Notes under the pieces: model-generated
Seen by the model: only the letters and a program-made list of their open reading frames with translations
What the model was told of the DNA's origin: nothing
Databases searched by the model: none
In this document: positions 29,190 to 38,536 of the stretch, piece after piece
Layout of the letters: each line of letters begins with the position of its first letter
How positions within the stretch are numbered: position 1 is the stretch's first letter
Position numbers and translations under genes: made by a program
Assembly: GCA_963666285.1 (NCBI GenBank)
Contig: OY762711.1
Reading direction: 5' to 3' (one strand)
Length of the DNA: 64,000 nt
Source: Sedimentisphaerales bacterium
GTDB taxonomy: Bacteria > Planctomycetota > Phycisphaerae > Sedimentisphaerales > SM23-30

Positions 29190-29651
29190 TTATACCTTTT
29201 GCTCGGTGGGCTGGCTTGCCGCTTCCTCTTTGGTCAAGTCACCCGGACGCTTTAGAAAATTCCTGCCGACTAATAAGCCGCCCATACCATATAACATTGA
29301 ATTGACACCAGGTATCATATCAACGCCGTTTAATATAGTGCTTTGCAGTTCCCTTGAATCAGCAATATTATTTTCTACTACTACCCTGGCATCATCATAA
29401 GCCAGCTTGTCATCTTCAATTTGCCGCATAAATGCAAGCTGGTTATCACGATGGACAATACCAAGTTCACGCTTGATGATTTCAGCATCATACAGACTTT
29501 GCACACCTTCTTTATCCGGCATCTTTGCATAAGCTGCCGCACGCTTGGGAATCGTTGAAGGTGTAACCCTGTCAAGCAGGCTGCCACAGCCCACCAGCGC
29601 AATCATCATCAATACTACCAATACCAAAATTACATTACTTTTTGCTTTCAT
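29190..29651 (-). CDS. Putative lipoprotein
   Basis: Signal peptide ending in lipobox LVG-C. Confidence 0.65.
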   Translation of the reverse strand: MKAKSNVILVLVVLMMIALVGCGSLLDRVTPSTIPKRAAAYAKMPDKEGVQSLYDAEIIKRELGIVHRDNQLAFMRQIEDDKLAYDDARVVVENNIADSRELQSTILNGVDMIPGVNSMLYGMGGLLVGRNFLKRPGDLTKEEAASQPTEQKV

Positions 29652-29663
29652 CTTTTGTACTCC

Positions 29664-29864
29664 TTACTTAGATTTAGCTTTTAACTGTCTTCCTTCGTAC
29701 AGTTCTATCATGTTCTTAATACATGCCATACCGTTAGACCTCATCTGGCAATCTACCGGCATAGCCTCAATAATTTGAATAAGCTGAACGGCATTTTTCC
29801 GAAACTCGCTTTGTTTTACTCTGCACTTGCCCGGTTTAATGTCGTCCCAGCTTTCAATAGTCAT
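29664..29864 (-). CDS. Hypothetical protein
   Basis: 66-aa ORF packed in the operon. Confidence 0.55.
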   Translation of the reverse strand: MTIESWDDIKPGKCRVKQSEFRKNAVQLIQIIEAMPVDCQMRSNGMACIKNMIELYEGRQLKAKSK

Positions 29865-30318
29865 ATACGTTATCCCTATCTCTAAATGCCTTCCTAAGTC
29901 CTGATAAAGTATGTTTACCCTTATAGCTCAACTTATCAGCAAGGACTTTCATCAAATAATCTTTCTGCTGCTGATACCAGGCAAGGTTATAAGTCTCTAA
30001 CGGCCTTTGGGTTTTATTGTCATTCCACCATTGACCATGTTCTGAGCCTTTCAGCCATTCAATAAAGTTTTCAACACCTGCGGTATTACTTGAATGTGCA
30101 GCACAATCATTACTAAACTCATGGCAGGTTGCACAAAGACAAACACCGTTACTAAGGTCATAACGATAGTGTATCCGCTCTCTTGATATTAAATGGTGGG
30201 CGTGTAGCTGCTTGGTCGAACTACCACATATTTCACACCTGCCGGGAAACCGTACAATCATTGACCAGAGCTGGTCACAATGCTTTTTAATAGTTTTTTT
30301 TGTTTGTTGTTTAGACAT
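29854..30318 (-). CDS. NinG/Rap-like HNH nuclease
   Basis: DQLWS...CEICG...LHAHHLISR...RYDLSNGVCLCATCH. Confidence 0.8.
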   Translation of the reverse strand: MSKQQTKKTIKKHCDQLWSMIVRFPGRCEICGSSTKQLHAHHLISRERIHYRYDLSNGVCLCATCHEFSNDCAAHSSNTAGVENFIEWLKGSEHGQWWNDNKTQRPLETYNLAWYQQQKDYLMKVLADKLSYKGKHTLSGLRKAFRDRDNVYDY

Positions 30319-30358
30319 AATATAAATCTCTTTACTTAAAATAGTTGTTAATATTAAA

Positions 30359-30740
30359 TGCTCTATTGGTGAGAGTCGGAGCGCACTGCGTCCCAGGATA
30401 GGGACTGCACATGCTAAAATTCTGCTCTACCGGAGCCGAGCCGTCGCTTTCGTGCGGCGTATCATTTCACCATTACCGCTGACACTGCCTGATACGCTGG
30501 AGTGCTTAAAGTTGCGTTACCTTTAAGGCGTGCAGGCGGTAACGCTAGTAGCCTACACGACTTTTTCCTGAAAATATCATCACGACATTAACAGATACAT
30601 AATTCAGCTCATCGCCTGTTTTATTAAGCAGATAGACGGTGTAATCAAACTTCTGCTACTTCGATACCTCGCAAGGTTGAACGGTCGAAATCGCCGCTGT
30701 AATAAGTTGTCTATTGCTCTGCATGACCTTTTCAGGTTGA
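30359..30740. ncRNA. Candidate structured non-coding element (ncRNA or replication origin)
   Basis: ORF-free gap in a tightly packed operon, with at least six inverted-repeat stems; strand not resolved. Confidence 0.4.
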
Positions 30741-30743
30741 GAC

Positions 30744-31634
30744 TTACGAGCCTAAAATAAAGCGTCTGGTGTTCTTTACAACGCTATAAAACAATTGTTT
30801 TGTTAATCCATTCTGTACCCATTCCCTGACATCCTTGCAGCGAATAGGCTTGATAATACAAACTGGTATATCTTTATAAGGCAGTTCTTTTGCAAGCCTT
30901 AATGAACCGTCCTGACCTGGAAACCAGACAGAACCATCAGGCCGCTTTTTAGGCTCATCATTGTCAGTAACAATAATTATTTTCTTTGGCTTTGTACGCT
31001 TGATATAACTCTGGATATGATTAATACCACTATTACAGTTAGCCCTGCCTATTACGCCTTCAATACCAATATCAAGTAATGCAGGCGGGTCTGTCGCACC
31101 TTCTACAATGACAAGTTCACTGCTGCATATTTCATCAGGGATAAACAGGCCGTTTTCACTTCCTGGGTAACTTGCCTTACTGCCTGCATGTCTGGTTCTG
31201 ATACCTATAATATTTTCGTTACCATCTCGCATTGGAAACGTCCAGCATTGCCGGGCTGGTTGATCTGGCTTAAACCCAATTAAGCCGCTGCCTGTTTCCA
31301 TGCGTTCCAGGCTTGCCACAGAAACGCCCAGTTCAGCACTTAACGGCATTAAGTCACAACCGGCACGATAACCCATTACCAGCTCAAACCAGCGTTCAGG
31401 ACGTATTTTAGGCGGCATATTTATTGTCTGCTTAACAACAGGCTTTACCTCTGTACTGTCTGTAATTACGTGCAGCCAGCCATAAGAACCATCTTTGCCA
31501 ATCTTGAGCCAATCTGATTCAACCCGCATACAGCGAACGGTAGAGCCGTCAACGGTTATCTGACACCAGTCATTTTTACCACAAACCGGACATAGCTTGC
31601 GGGCCTTCTCTATTCCAACCCAATCAGCCGACAT
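30744..31634 (-). CDS. Primase-like protein (Zn-binding domain plus TOPRIM)
   Basis: CPVCGKNDWC...C; VIVEGATD; IVTDND. Confidence 0.85.
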   Translation of the reverse strand: MSADWVGIEKARKLCPVCGKNDWCQITVDGSTVRCMRVESDWLKIGKDGSYGWLHVITDSTEVKPVVKQTINMPPKIRPERWFELVMGYRAGCDLMPLSAELGVSVASLERMETGSGLIGFKPDQPARQCWTFPMRDGNENIIGIRTRHAGSKASYPGSENGLFIPDEICSSELVIVEGATDPPALLDIGIEGVIGRANCNSGINHIQSYIKRTKPKKIIIVTDNDEPKKRPDGSVWFPGQDGSLRLAKELPYKDIPVCIIKPIRCKDVREWVQNGLTKQLFYSVVKNTRRFILGS

Positions 31635-34347
31635 CCTTAATAAGTCCTCTTATATAATCATTCATTTTCCAGCCATTTTTAGCCAGACTCCCCATAATCT
31701 TATTAGCGGTCATCCTGTTAACGCTTGATGGGGCTATCCCTACCTGCCGTAACCTGTAAGCCTGTTTATCTGATGGTGGCATTGCATCTATTATCTGTGA
31801 AGCATGTATGCTATTCTCTATCTGGTCAATATTTGGCAAACCCCATCTTTCCAATGTTTCCCTTTGCTTGGTGGACATTGGCTTTTTAGTGATATAACCC
31901 GGTATGCGTTTAGGGATAATGTCCAGTACATCAAATGGTGAAACATCTACAGCGTAATATTGGGCCTGGAATTTAATCTGTTCACGCTCGGCGGCTTCTA
32001 ATGCTTTTCTGTGACGTTTGGCAAATTCAGCTTCAGCCCTGGCAAGCTCAGTCATTACATTTTCGGGCTTGCCTTTTCTTCTGGCATTTTCAGCGGCAAG
32101 TTCTATTACCTCATCAGAATACTTACCGCCTAATATGTCAGTAGCGGTAACAAGTTTATGACGGCCTGAATTGCCAACCAGGTCAATCATCAAGGCTTTA
32201 GGCTTAATTGAGTTTGCGATAAGTTCCCGCCGTTGCAATGCAGTTTCGAGATAGTTTAATTCATGGGCGATACATTCCGCCGGGCGGGTCATTCTGCCGA
32301 ATATCTGAGCATATAATGACCGGCTTTTAGTTGGCCTGCCGTTGGCTATCACTTCGACACCGGGATCATCAAAGCCCTCAGTAAAACAACCGACATTTAC
32401 CAGACGGCGTATTTCACCTTTATAATACCGTTCAACAATATCACGCCTGACATCCTTTGGCGTTTTGCCGCATACAAATTCTGTTGATTCCGGCTGATAG
32501 CGGTTGAATATCTCTTTTAATCCTTCTGCCTGGGCCACTGAACCGGCAAAGACAAGCGTTTTTCTATCACCGGCAATTTCCATTGTAGGGATAGCCATTT
32601 CGTGCATAACTTTTTCATGCTCTAATATGGCGTTAAGGTCACTTGAAGCCAAATCGCCAAGCTGTGTCCTGCAACCTGACAAGTCAAGACCTAAAACCTC
32701 TACAACTTGCTGTTCAACATCGACCAGATAGCCATCTGTAATACCGTCAGATATGCTATAGTCAATAGCCACATCATCAAAAATCTGACCTAAAGCCTGC
32801 TCGTCCGTTCTGTCTGGTGTTGCCGTAACGCCCAGATGTTTACATTCAGAGTTTCCATCGAGAAAATAATTATATATCTTGCGATATGAAGCGGCGGCGG
32901 CTCTATGGGCCTCATCTGTTACTATAAGGCCGAAATCCTGCGGATTAAAACGCTCTAACCTATGGTCACGACAAAGGGTTTGTACCGTTGCCACTACAAC
33001 TTCAGAAATAAATGCACCGTAGGTCTGAGCATAGTTTGAAGCCATCTCTATATCAGAATGCAAACCTGTAGCACGCTCGATTTTATCCGCTGCCTGGTTA
33101 ATCAACTCTTCACGATGGGCCAGAACTAAAGCTCTTTTGCCTGTTTCATTATGGCGGCGGCTAATGGCATGGGAAAAAGTTATCGTATTATGGACAACAG
33201 TGAAATCGCCAAGCAAAAATCTTCTGTCCTCACCTGATAAAGTAAAACCGTAATAATCACCTTCGCCAACCGGTTCTACCTTAATGCCCGTAACCAGAAC
33301 ATCCTTTTTCTGTTTCCGGCTCACAGCCTGCTTATGCTGAACCCGGCATGGGATATTGGATATCTCACCGCTGATTATAATTCTGTAATATAGTCCTGTC
33401 TTACCAGTATTACCGCAGGTTTTTTCACACTGCCTTACATAAGCAGCTAAACCCAAACTCCTGGCAATAAACACCACACCTTCAGCCAGTTCCCGATACT
33501 TACTGACCAGGTCATAACAACCGCCGGTAAGCGAACCATCGGTATCAATAATACCGGCTAATAACTCATACCTTTTCTCAACTGAACTGGTTTTATAATC
33601 GTGCGGGATATGCTTGTTTTGCAATAAATTAAGGTCTGACAGCGATCCCCTGAATGTATTAGTACCATGCCTGCGACTGCCAGATGTAATACTATACGTC
33701 CAGGCTTTACCGCATTGACTGACCTTAGAAAGTACCAGATTATTTCTACTGCAATATTCCTGTAGCGAGTCAACCACTTCACTATCCATAGTGGTAATAT
33801 TAGGATTACGACAATGACCATCACCAAGCCATACGCCGAGAATGTAAGGGTCTACAGGTAAATGCTTTTCACCAGGAAAAACATCTACCCCAACCCTATA
33901 CCCCTTAGCACAATGCCTGAATGTCGCATTTGATGTTAAATATGTTTTTACATCTATATTGGCAATGTCACCGCTTTTATAGCCTGTCCTGGCCGCATCG
34001 TATATATTCCGGGGTCTTTGCCTGCCGGTTCCGGTTATTTTCAAAGACAAAATATGACTCTCGTTTACCGTGTACGAATCACCTTTGGCCGGTGTAATGC
34101 AATACATAGCTTCCCGACCTCTTGCCAGTGAAGTAACCGTTCTGGCTTTACCATCCGGCCCCATTAACATATCATTCACCTTTATATCCTGCACCGGAAT
34201 TATCTCGCCGGAATACAGCATAACAGGGGTGTCTCTGGCAAAACATTTTCCCAAACCTGTAGCCATTACCGCAAGTGCAGACTGCTTTGTTTTGAATATA
34301 TCAAAAGCGTTATCTATCGCCTCTTGTTGGTACTTTCTCGCCTTCAT
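31624..34347 (-). CDS. SF2 DExH helicase (ResIII-like) containing an intein
   Basis: ATGLGK|T Walker A split by the intein; LAHREEL, DEAH, TATP, TEGFD, QIFGR. Confidence 0.93.
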   Translation of the reverse strand: MKARKYQQEAIDNAFDIFKTKQSALAVMATGLGKCFARDTPVMLYSGEIIPVQDIKVNDMLMGPDGKARTVTSLARGREAMYCITPAKGDSYTVNESHILSLKITGTGRQRPRNIYDAARTGYKSGDIANIDVKTYLTSNATFRHCAKGYRVGVDVFPGEKHLPVDPYILGVWLGDGHCRNPNITTMDSEVVDSLQEYCSRNNLVLSKVSQCGKAWTYSITSGSRRHGTNTFRGSLSDLNLLQNKHIPHDYKTSSVEKRYELLAGIIDTDGSLTGGCYDLVSKYRELAEGVVFIARSLGLAAYVRQCEKTCGNTGKTGLYYRIIISGEISNIPCRVQHKQAVSRKQKKDVLVTGIKVEPVGEGDYYGFTLSGEDRRFLLGDFTVVHNTITFSHAISRRHNETGKRALVLAHREELINQAADKIERATGLHSDIEMASNYAQTYGAFISEVVVATVQTLCRDHRLERFNPQDFGLIVTDEAHRAAAASYRKIYNYFLDGNSECKHLGVTATPDRTDEQALGQIFDDVAIDYSISDGITDGYLVDVEQQVVEVLGLDLSGCRTQLGDLASSDLNAILEHEKVMHEMAIPTMEIAGDRKTLVFAGSVAQAEGLKEIFNRYQPESTEFVCGKTPKDVRRDIVERYYKGEIRRLVNVGCFTEGFDDPGVEVIANGRPTKSRSLYAQIFGRMTRPAECIAHELNYLETALQRRELIANSIKPKALMIDLVGNSGRHKLVTATDILGGKYSDEVIELAAENARRKGKPENVMTELARAEAEFAKRHRKALEAAEREQIKFQAQYYAVDVSPFDVLDIIPKRIPGYITKKPMSTKQRETLERWGLPNIDQIENSIHASQIIDAMPPSDKQAYRLRQVGIAPSSVNRMTANKIMGSLAKNGWKMNDYIRGLIKDVG
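33187..34245 (-). mobile_element. 353-aa intein with a LAGLIDADG homing endonuclease
   Basis: Begins CFARDTPV; block B VNESHIL; PYILGVWLGDG and LLAGIIDTDG; ends VVHN before Thr+1. Confidence 0.95.
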
Positions 34348-34473
34348 CTCTTCTCTCGATATTAAAAACCCATTTACGACACATGGGGCATATATGCAGT
34401 TCTTTACCGCTAATCTTGATTAGCTCTAAATCAACTATGGAAACCCGCCTTTTGCAGTTACTACATATACCCG

Positions 34474-35313
34474 TCATTTCTTGGCCTTGTAGTTTTTAAG
34501 CCCGGCTTTAAACTCTTCCGGTGTTGCATGAAAGACCTGCTTTGTCATCCAGCCGTTACCTTTGCAATAACCGCATACACTGCCAACACCGCCATCACCG
34601 CTACACACCGGACAAACACAATATGGCCGCGCAATCCTGATAAGCTCGAAAAGGTTTTCAAATCTTGCCTTGATAAACTTTTCTTCTATTCTTTCAAAAC
34701 CTGGCTGACCGCCGACCTCTATCATTTCGCTTTTAACATCGCTTATCTGATTTCGCCACTGGTTATATTGCGTATCTGTTGCAAATATATCATTCAGCCT
34801 TGCCGGGACTTTCTGACCAAATCTATCCTTAGAAGGTTTATCAACTACAACAGCATCAGTTTTCTTAACAACTTTAGGCTGTTCATATTCAAAGTCATCA
34901 TCTGTCGATTCTTCTGCTTCCTCATCTTCCAGGCCCTCAATGTCATCAAGCAAATTATCCTCTGATTCGGTGTTTTCGCTTGTAAGTCCTTTGTTTTCGG
35001 TCGAATTACCAGTAGCTAGTAATTTCTCCTTACTATTAACAAGCTTGAAAATATCACCAACACCGTAATTTTCTGGAAGTCTATCATCAGCGTATAATTC
35101 ATAAGCTCTCATACAAACCCTTGCTGTTTCATAGCAGATAGGCAGGTCAGATTTTACAAACTTGACAAAGCTTCCTGATATTTCCGCTTTCTTTTCTATA
35201 AGCCTCTGTCCTAAAACAATCATATCTTTTACATGTTGTTTACCGCTATTATGCCAAGCATCACAAGCGTCTAATAGAGGATCTTTTGATTTCTTTATTG
35301 CTGCTTTTGCCAT
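34474..35313 (-). CDS. DUF3102-like protein with an acidic linker and C-terminal CxxCxGxG zinc finger
   Basis: GQRLIEKK...F..FV...YETARVCM; CPVCSGDG...CGYCKGNG. Confidence 0.55.
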   Translation of the reverse strand: MAKAAIKKSKDPLLDACDAWHNSGKQHVKDMIVLGQRLIEKKAEISGSFVKFVKSDLPICYETARVCMRAYELYADDRLPENYGVGDIFKLVNSKEKLLATGNSTENKGLTSENTESEDNLLDDIEGLEDEEAEESTDDDFEYEQPKVVKKTDAVVVDKPSKDRFGQKVPARLNDIFATDTQYNQWRNQISDVKSEMIEVGGQPGFERIEEKFIKARFENLFELIRIARPYCVCPVCSGDGGVGSVCGYCKGNGWMTKQVFHATPEEFKAGLKNYKAKK

Positions 35314-35325
35314 CTTTTTAGCTCC

Positions 35326-35718
35326 TTAAAATGGAATTTCATCATCGTTGACATCATCGTTGTCATTATTGTTTTGGGCCTGGTTCTGAGCATTACCACC
35401 ACCCACAAAAGAAACGTTATCTATCATTACCTTATGTTTGCTGCGTTGATTGCCTTGCTGATCCTGCCACTTTTCAAGCTTCAACCTGCCTTCTATCAAT
35501 ATGGGTTTACCTTTGCTAAAATACTGGTTGAGCGTTTCAGCCTTTACACCAAACACACAGCAGTCAATGAACATTGTTTCTTCTCTGTCCTGACCATTGC
35601 TTTTATATTTGTGGTTACATGCAATACCAAATTCGCAAACCTGCATACCGGATTGAAGGTAGTTTAATTGCGGGTCACGAGTCAGATTGCCTAAAAGAAT
35701 TACTTTATTGAAACTCAT
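35326..35718 (-). CDS. ssb: Single-stranded DNA-binding protein (probable start ATG 35718)
   Basis: NKVILLGNLTRDP...IEGRL...DDEIPF tail. Confidence 0.95.
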   Translation of the reverse strand: MSFNKVILLGNLTRDPQLNYLQSGMQVCEFGIACNHKYKSNGQDREETMFIDCCVFGVKAETLNQYFSKGKPILIEGRLKLEKWQDQQGNQRSKHKVMIDNVSFVGGGNAQNQAQNNNDNDDVNDDEIPF

Positions 35719-36112
35719 TGTTATTTCTCCAATCTTTATCCGGTGGTGGGACAGGACAACCAATAGCCTCCATGAAATCCCAAATGTTCTCCATCCAGAC
35801 AGTTGTTTGTTTTGTTGAAAGTTCTGTTTTGCTTATGATGAATTTTTCCCGGTCAAGCGTTTTGATAAACCACTGTTCGCCGCATTTCTTTTTAAGAATA
35901 AGCTCTGCCATAAGCTCAGATACGCCCATGTATTCAGCTAAAGCCGGAAATACTACAGCGTGCAAATAGGCCATTTGCTGCTTGGATATCTCACGCTGCT
36001 TATCGTATTTCCGAACTTCAACTATACAATCAGGGAATAAGCCTATCGCTTGTTTAAGCCCGCTCCAATCGCCTGCGACCTTTTCACCTATACGCCTAAA
36101 CCGTAGCAACAT
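35705..36112 (-). CDS. NinB/Orf-like recombination accessory protein
   Basis: QMAYLHAVVFPALAEYMG...SKTELS...; between ERF and SSB. Confidence 0.5.
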   Translation of the reverse strand: MLLRFRRIGEKVAGDWSGLKQAIGLFPDCIVEVRKYDKQREISKQQMAYLHAVVFPALAEYMGVSELMAELILKKKCGEQWFIKTLDREKFIISKTELSTKQTTVWMENIWDFMEAIGCPVPPPDKDWRNNNEFQ

Positions 36113-36788
36113 TTCCTATCTCCGTTACGCCGATAGCTGAAAATATGTATTGTGCAATACTGGCAATACTCGCCTTTTTACCTTTATCAACTATTGCCTG
36201 TTTTGCCTGCTTTGCGGCTGCTTCCAGCTTTTTGTCGTCATAATTTATCTTTACAAGGTCAACACCGGCAAGCTCATCAATAGCAGTTTTCAGCGAGTCA
36301 TAAAACTTTTGTTCCTTTGATGTTTGTTCCTGCTGTTTGGACTGCTGCTTAGTTTGATTTTGCTGCTTGCCTTGCTGCTTTTTATCCTGCTCTTTTTGCG
36401 GTTCCTGACTATCTGCATCTTTGCTGTCATCCAAACCAAACAAGCCGCCGCAAGCGTATTTACCGGCATAAGAAGAGGCAGAGCCGGTTAACTGCGACGC
36501 ATCAAATTTTGGCCTGTCTGCGGTTTCCCTTGCCTCTGCGGTTACAAATACGGAATCACCTTCATCAAGGCAAAATAGCTCTGCTTTGGCCCTGACATAG
36601 TGCCTGTCGCCGACCTGGTGTATGTCGTAGGTTATTACAGTTAAAGCGTTATGTTTCTGTTCAAGCGGTTTTAACGCTTCCTGTATATCCTCAAGGTTTC
36701 TATAATTAAACTTACTAAAATCATTCCATTGATTTTTAGGGACTTTTAATTCTGCCCTGATTGCCGCTAATTTCTTTATCGCTGACAT
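36096..36788 (-). CDS. ERF family single-strand annealing protein
   Basis: LKVPKNQWN.F..FNYRNLEDI...QLTGSASSYAGKYA..GLF. Confidence 0.9.
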   Translation of the reverse strand: MSAIKKLAAIRAELKVPKNQWNDFSKFNYRNLEDIQEALKPLEQKHNALTVITYDIHQVGDRHYVRAKAELFCLDEGDSVFVTAEARETADRPKFDASQLTGSASSYAGKYACGGLFGLDDSKDADSQEPQKEQDKKQQGKQQNQTKQQSKQQEQTSKEQKFYDSLKTAIDELAGVDLVKINYDDKKLEAAAKQAKQAIVDKGKKASIASIAQYIFSAIGVTEIGNVATV

Positions 36789-36809
36789 TGTGACTCCGTT
36801 CCGATCTGA

Positions 36810-37313
36810 TTACTTGATTTGAACATTCTGTTTTGTTTCTAATTCTGCACCGGGGATTTCCAAGCCTGATTTAATAGCCTTCTTAATTGCGGTTTTATCT
36901 GCCGACTTCTCGACCTTTTCTTTGACATATTCAGAAGGCAAGGTAGTAACATCAGGAACATTAACGGCCTCAGATTTGCGCAATGAGAAAGTATATTCAC
37001 CGGCTACCGTTTTGCCGTTTACCATAAGGAAATCAACTAGAGCCTGCTTGATACGCTGTATAAGCCTGTCTTCTTTATCCTTTAGCTCTTTTACTTCCTT
37101 CAGGCGATCCGCTATCATATCCTGCCTGGCTTCCAGGTATTTCACAAAGCCGCCCAGTTCTTGCAGAGAATCAAGACTTTGAGTTTGTGCATTGACCAGC
37201 TCATTTAATAACTCTTCTGGAAATTCGCCTTCATTCTGCTCTGCTATTACATCTATCTTTTTCTGTAATGCAGCACACTTGAATAAATCACCTATCGCAT
37301 AATATGTATTCAT
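36810..37313 (-). CDS. Siphovirus Gp157 family protein
   Basis: Coiled coil followed by FSLRKS.AV...LP.EY...DKTAIKKAIKSG.EIPGA. Confidence 0.85.
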   Translation of the reverse strand: MNTYYAIGDLFKCAALQKKIDVIAEQNEGEFPEELLNELVNAQTQSLDSLQELGGFVKYLEARQDMIADRLKEVKELKDKEDRLIQRIKQALVDFLMVNGKTVAGEYTFSLRKSEAVNVPDVTTLPSEYVKEKVEKSADKTAIKKAIKSGLEIPGAELETKQNVQIK

Positions 37314-37334
37314 CTTTACCTCCTATAAATAAGC

Positions 37335-37368
37335 CCGGCATCCTTGCCGGAAAATAACCATCCTTAGT
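37335..37368 (-). promoter_or_regulatory. Two AAGGAT-loop hairpins (CsrA/RsmA-type sites) upstream of gp157
   Basis: ACT-AAGGAT-GGT and CCGGC-AAGGAT-GCCGG, then RBS AGGAGG. Confidence 0.5.
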
Positions 37369-37375
37369 CAGCTAT

Positions 37376-37645
37376 TTAATTGCCAAGATTGTCCAGGTCT
37401 GAACGCTTGTATCTGAGAACCTCACCCTTGCGATATGCTTTGATAATTCCCTTTTCCCGATAGTTCTTTATTGTCTCTTCACTGACACTTAGATACTGGG
37501 CCGCTTCTTTGCGTTTGAACCATTCGGAAACTATTGGAGGCTTTTTACCCTGACAGATTGCAAGCACCTGTTCACGCTGCAAATCTGATACTGTCTGATC
37601 GTTGATTAAAATAGCTTTGACAAGCTCAATGTTTGACTTTTTCAT
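37376..37645 (-). CDS. HTH_17 excisionase-like DNA-binding protein
   Basis: WFKRKEAAQYLSVSEETIKNYREKG.I...LRYKRSDLD. Confidence 0.8.
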   Translation of the reverse strand: MKKSNIELVKAILINDQTVSDLQREQVLAICQGKKPPIVSEWFKRKEAAQYLSVSEETIKNYREKGIIKAYRKGEVLRYKRSDLDNLGN

Positions 37646-37658
37646 TTCACAACCTTAA

Positions 37659-37765
37659 AATAAAAAACCCACCTGCCATTAGGTTAGGTTGCGAGAAACC
37701 GTCCGGCAGATGGGTTAATTTCATGTGGGCTTATGCCACGTTATTTATCTTTTATCGCAACCGGT
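37659..37765 (-). promoter_or_regulatory. Terminator/antiterminator leader E1 upstream of the early operon
   Basis: GGTTGCGA/TCGCAACC stem competes with the CCCATCTGCC/GGCAGGTGGG + U-tract terminator. Confidence 0.55.
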
Positions 37766-37976
37766 ATTTACTTGTATAAAACACATAGTGCTTCTGTATT
37801 ACCCGGAAAGTGCGCATAAAAAAATCACGTCAAAACATGTAAGTCCTGACGTGACAAAAAGATAAAAATTTCATTTCAGTCTCAGATGTGCGCAAGGGGG
37901 TGCGCATTTCATACTTCTGTTATTTGTAGATTTTTTAAGGGTTTATTGATTCAGATATAGAAATGACTTTTAAAAT

Positions 37977-38003
37977 AAAAAAAGGCAGGTGGGGAACCTA
38001 CCT
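37977..38003 (-). terminator. Intrinsic terminator
   Basis: AGGTAGGT-TCCCC-ACCTGCCT followed by a U-tract. Confidence 0.7.
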
Positions 38004-38067
38004 AAAATTGAGTGTGTGATTCGTAAAAAGCCGGTGCGATCCTGCTCTTATGATATTATTGAATATA

Positions 38068-38361
38068 TCAGTCTGATGATTTGGAAGTTGAATTACGGTT
38101 TACAAGATACTGAAAACCTTTTGCGAATAAGTAAACAATGAACATCAAAACTAATATTGGCACTAATTCATCTTCAGATAATTTAAACGCCATCCATACA
38201 AGCACAAAATCACCAACAAAAAAAATCAATGCTGCAATCTTCTGAATGAATGAACCAAAGAAATTTTTCTCTAGTGACTCGTTTGACATAATTCCAATTA
38301 AAAACATTGATGAATCGCATTTTATAGCTATCACAATAAATAATAAAATATATTCAAACAT
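38068..38361 (-). CDS. Small three-TM membrane protein (moron)
   Basis: Hydrophobic segments; RBS AGGTG; flanked by a 35-bp imperfect direct repeat. Confidence 0.65.
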   Translation of the reverse strand: MFEYILLFIVIAIKCDSSMFLIGIMSNESLEKNFFGSFIQKIAALIFFVGDFVLVWMAFKLSEDELVPILVLMFIVYLFAKGFQYLVNRNSTSKSSD

Positions 38362-38536
38362 ATTGATATTTCACCTAAATAAAAAAGCCAGTGCGATCTT
38401 GCCCTTATGATGTTATGGTCGGGATTCAGAAGGGAAAAGACAAAACCACACTAGCCAAAATTGAGTGTCTTATTTTTTGTTTCCGGTTATATTTAACCAG
38501 AAAAAGAATTATAATATAAAACTATTCTAATGTAAA

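Noticed and set aside
28457..30318. MTase plus HNH as a restriction-modification system
   Set aside because: The genes are not adjacent, the HNH is NinG-like, and orphan MTases are common in temperate phages.
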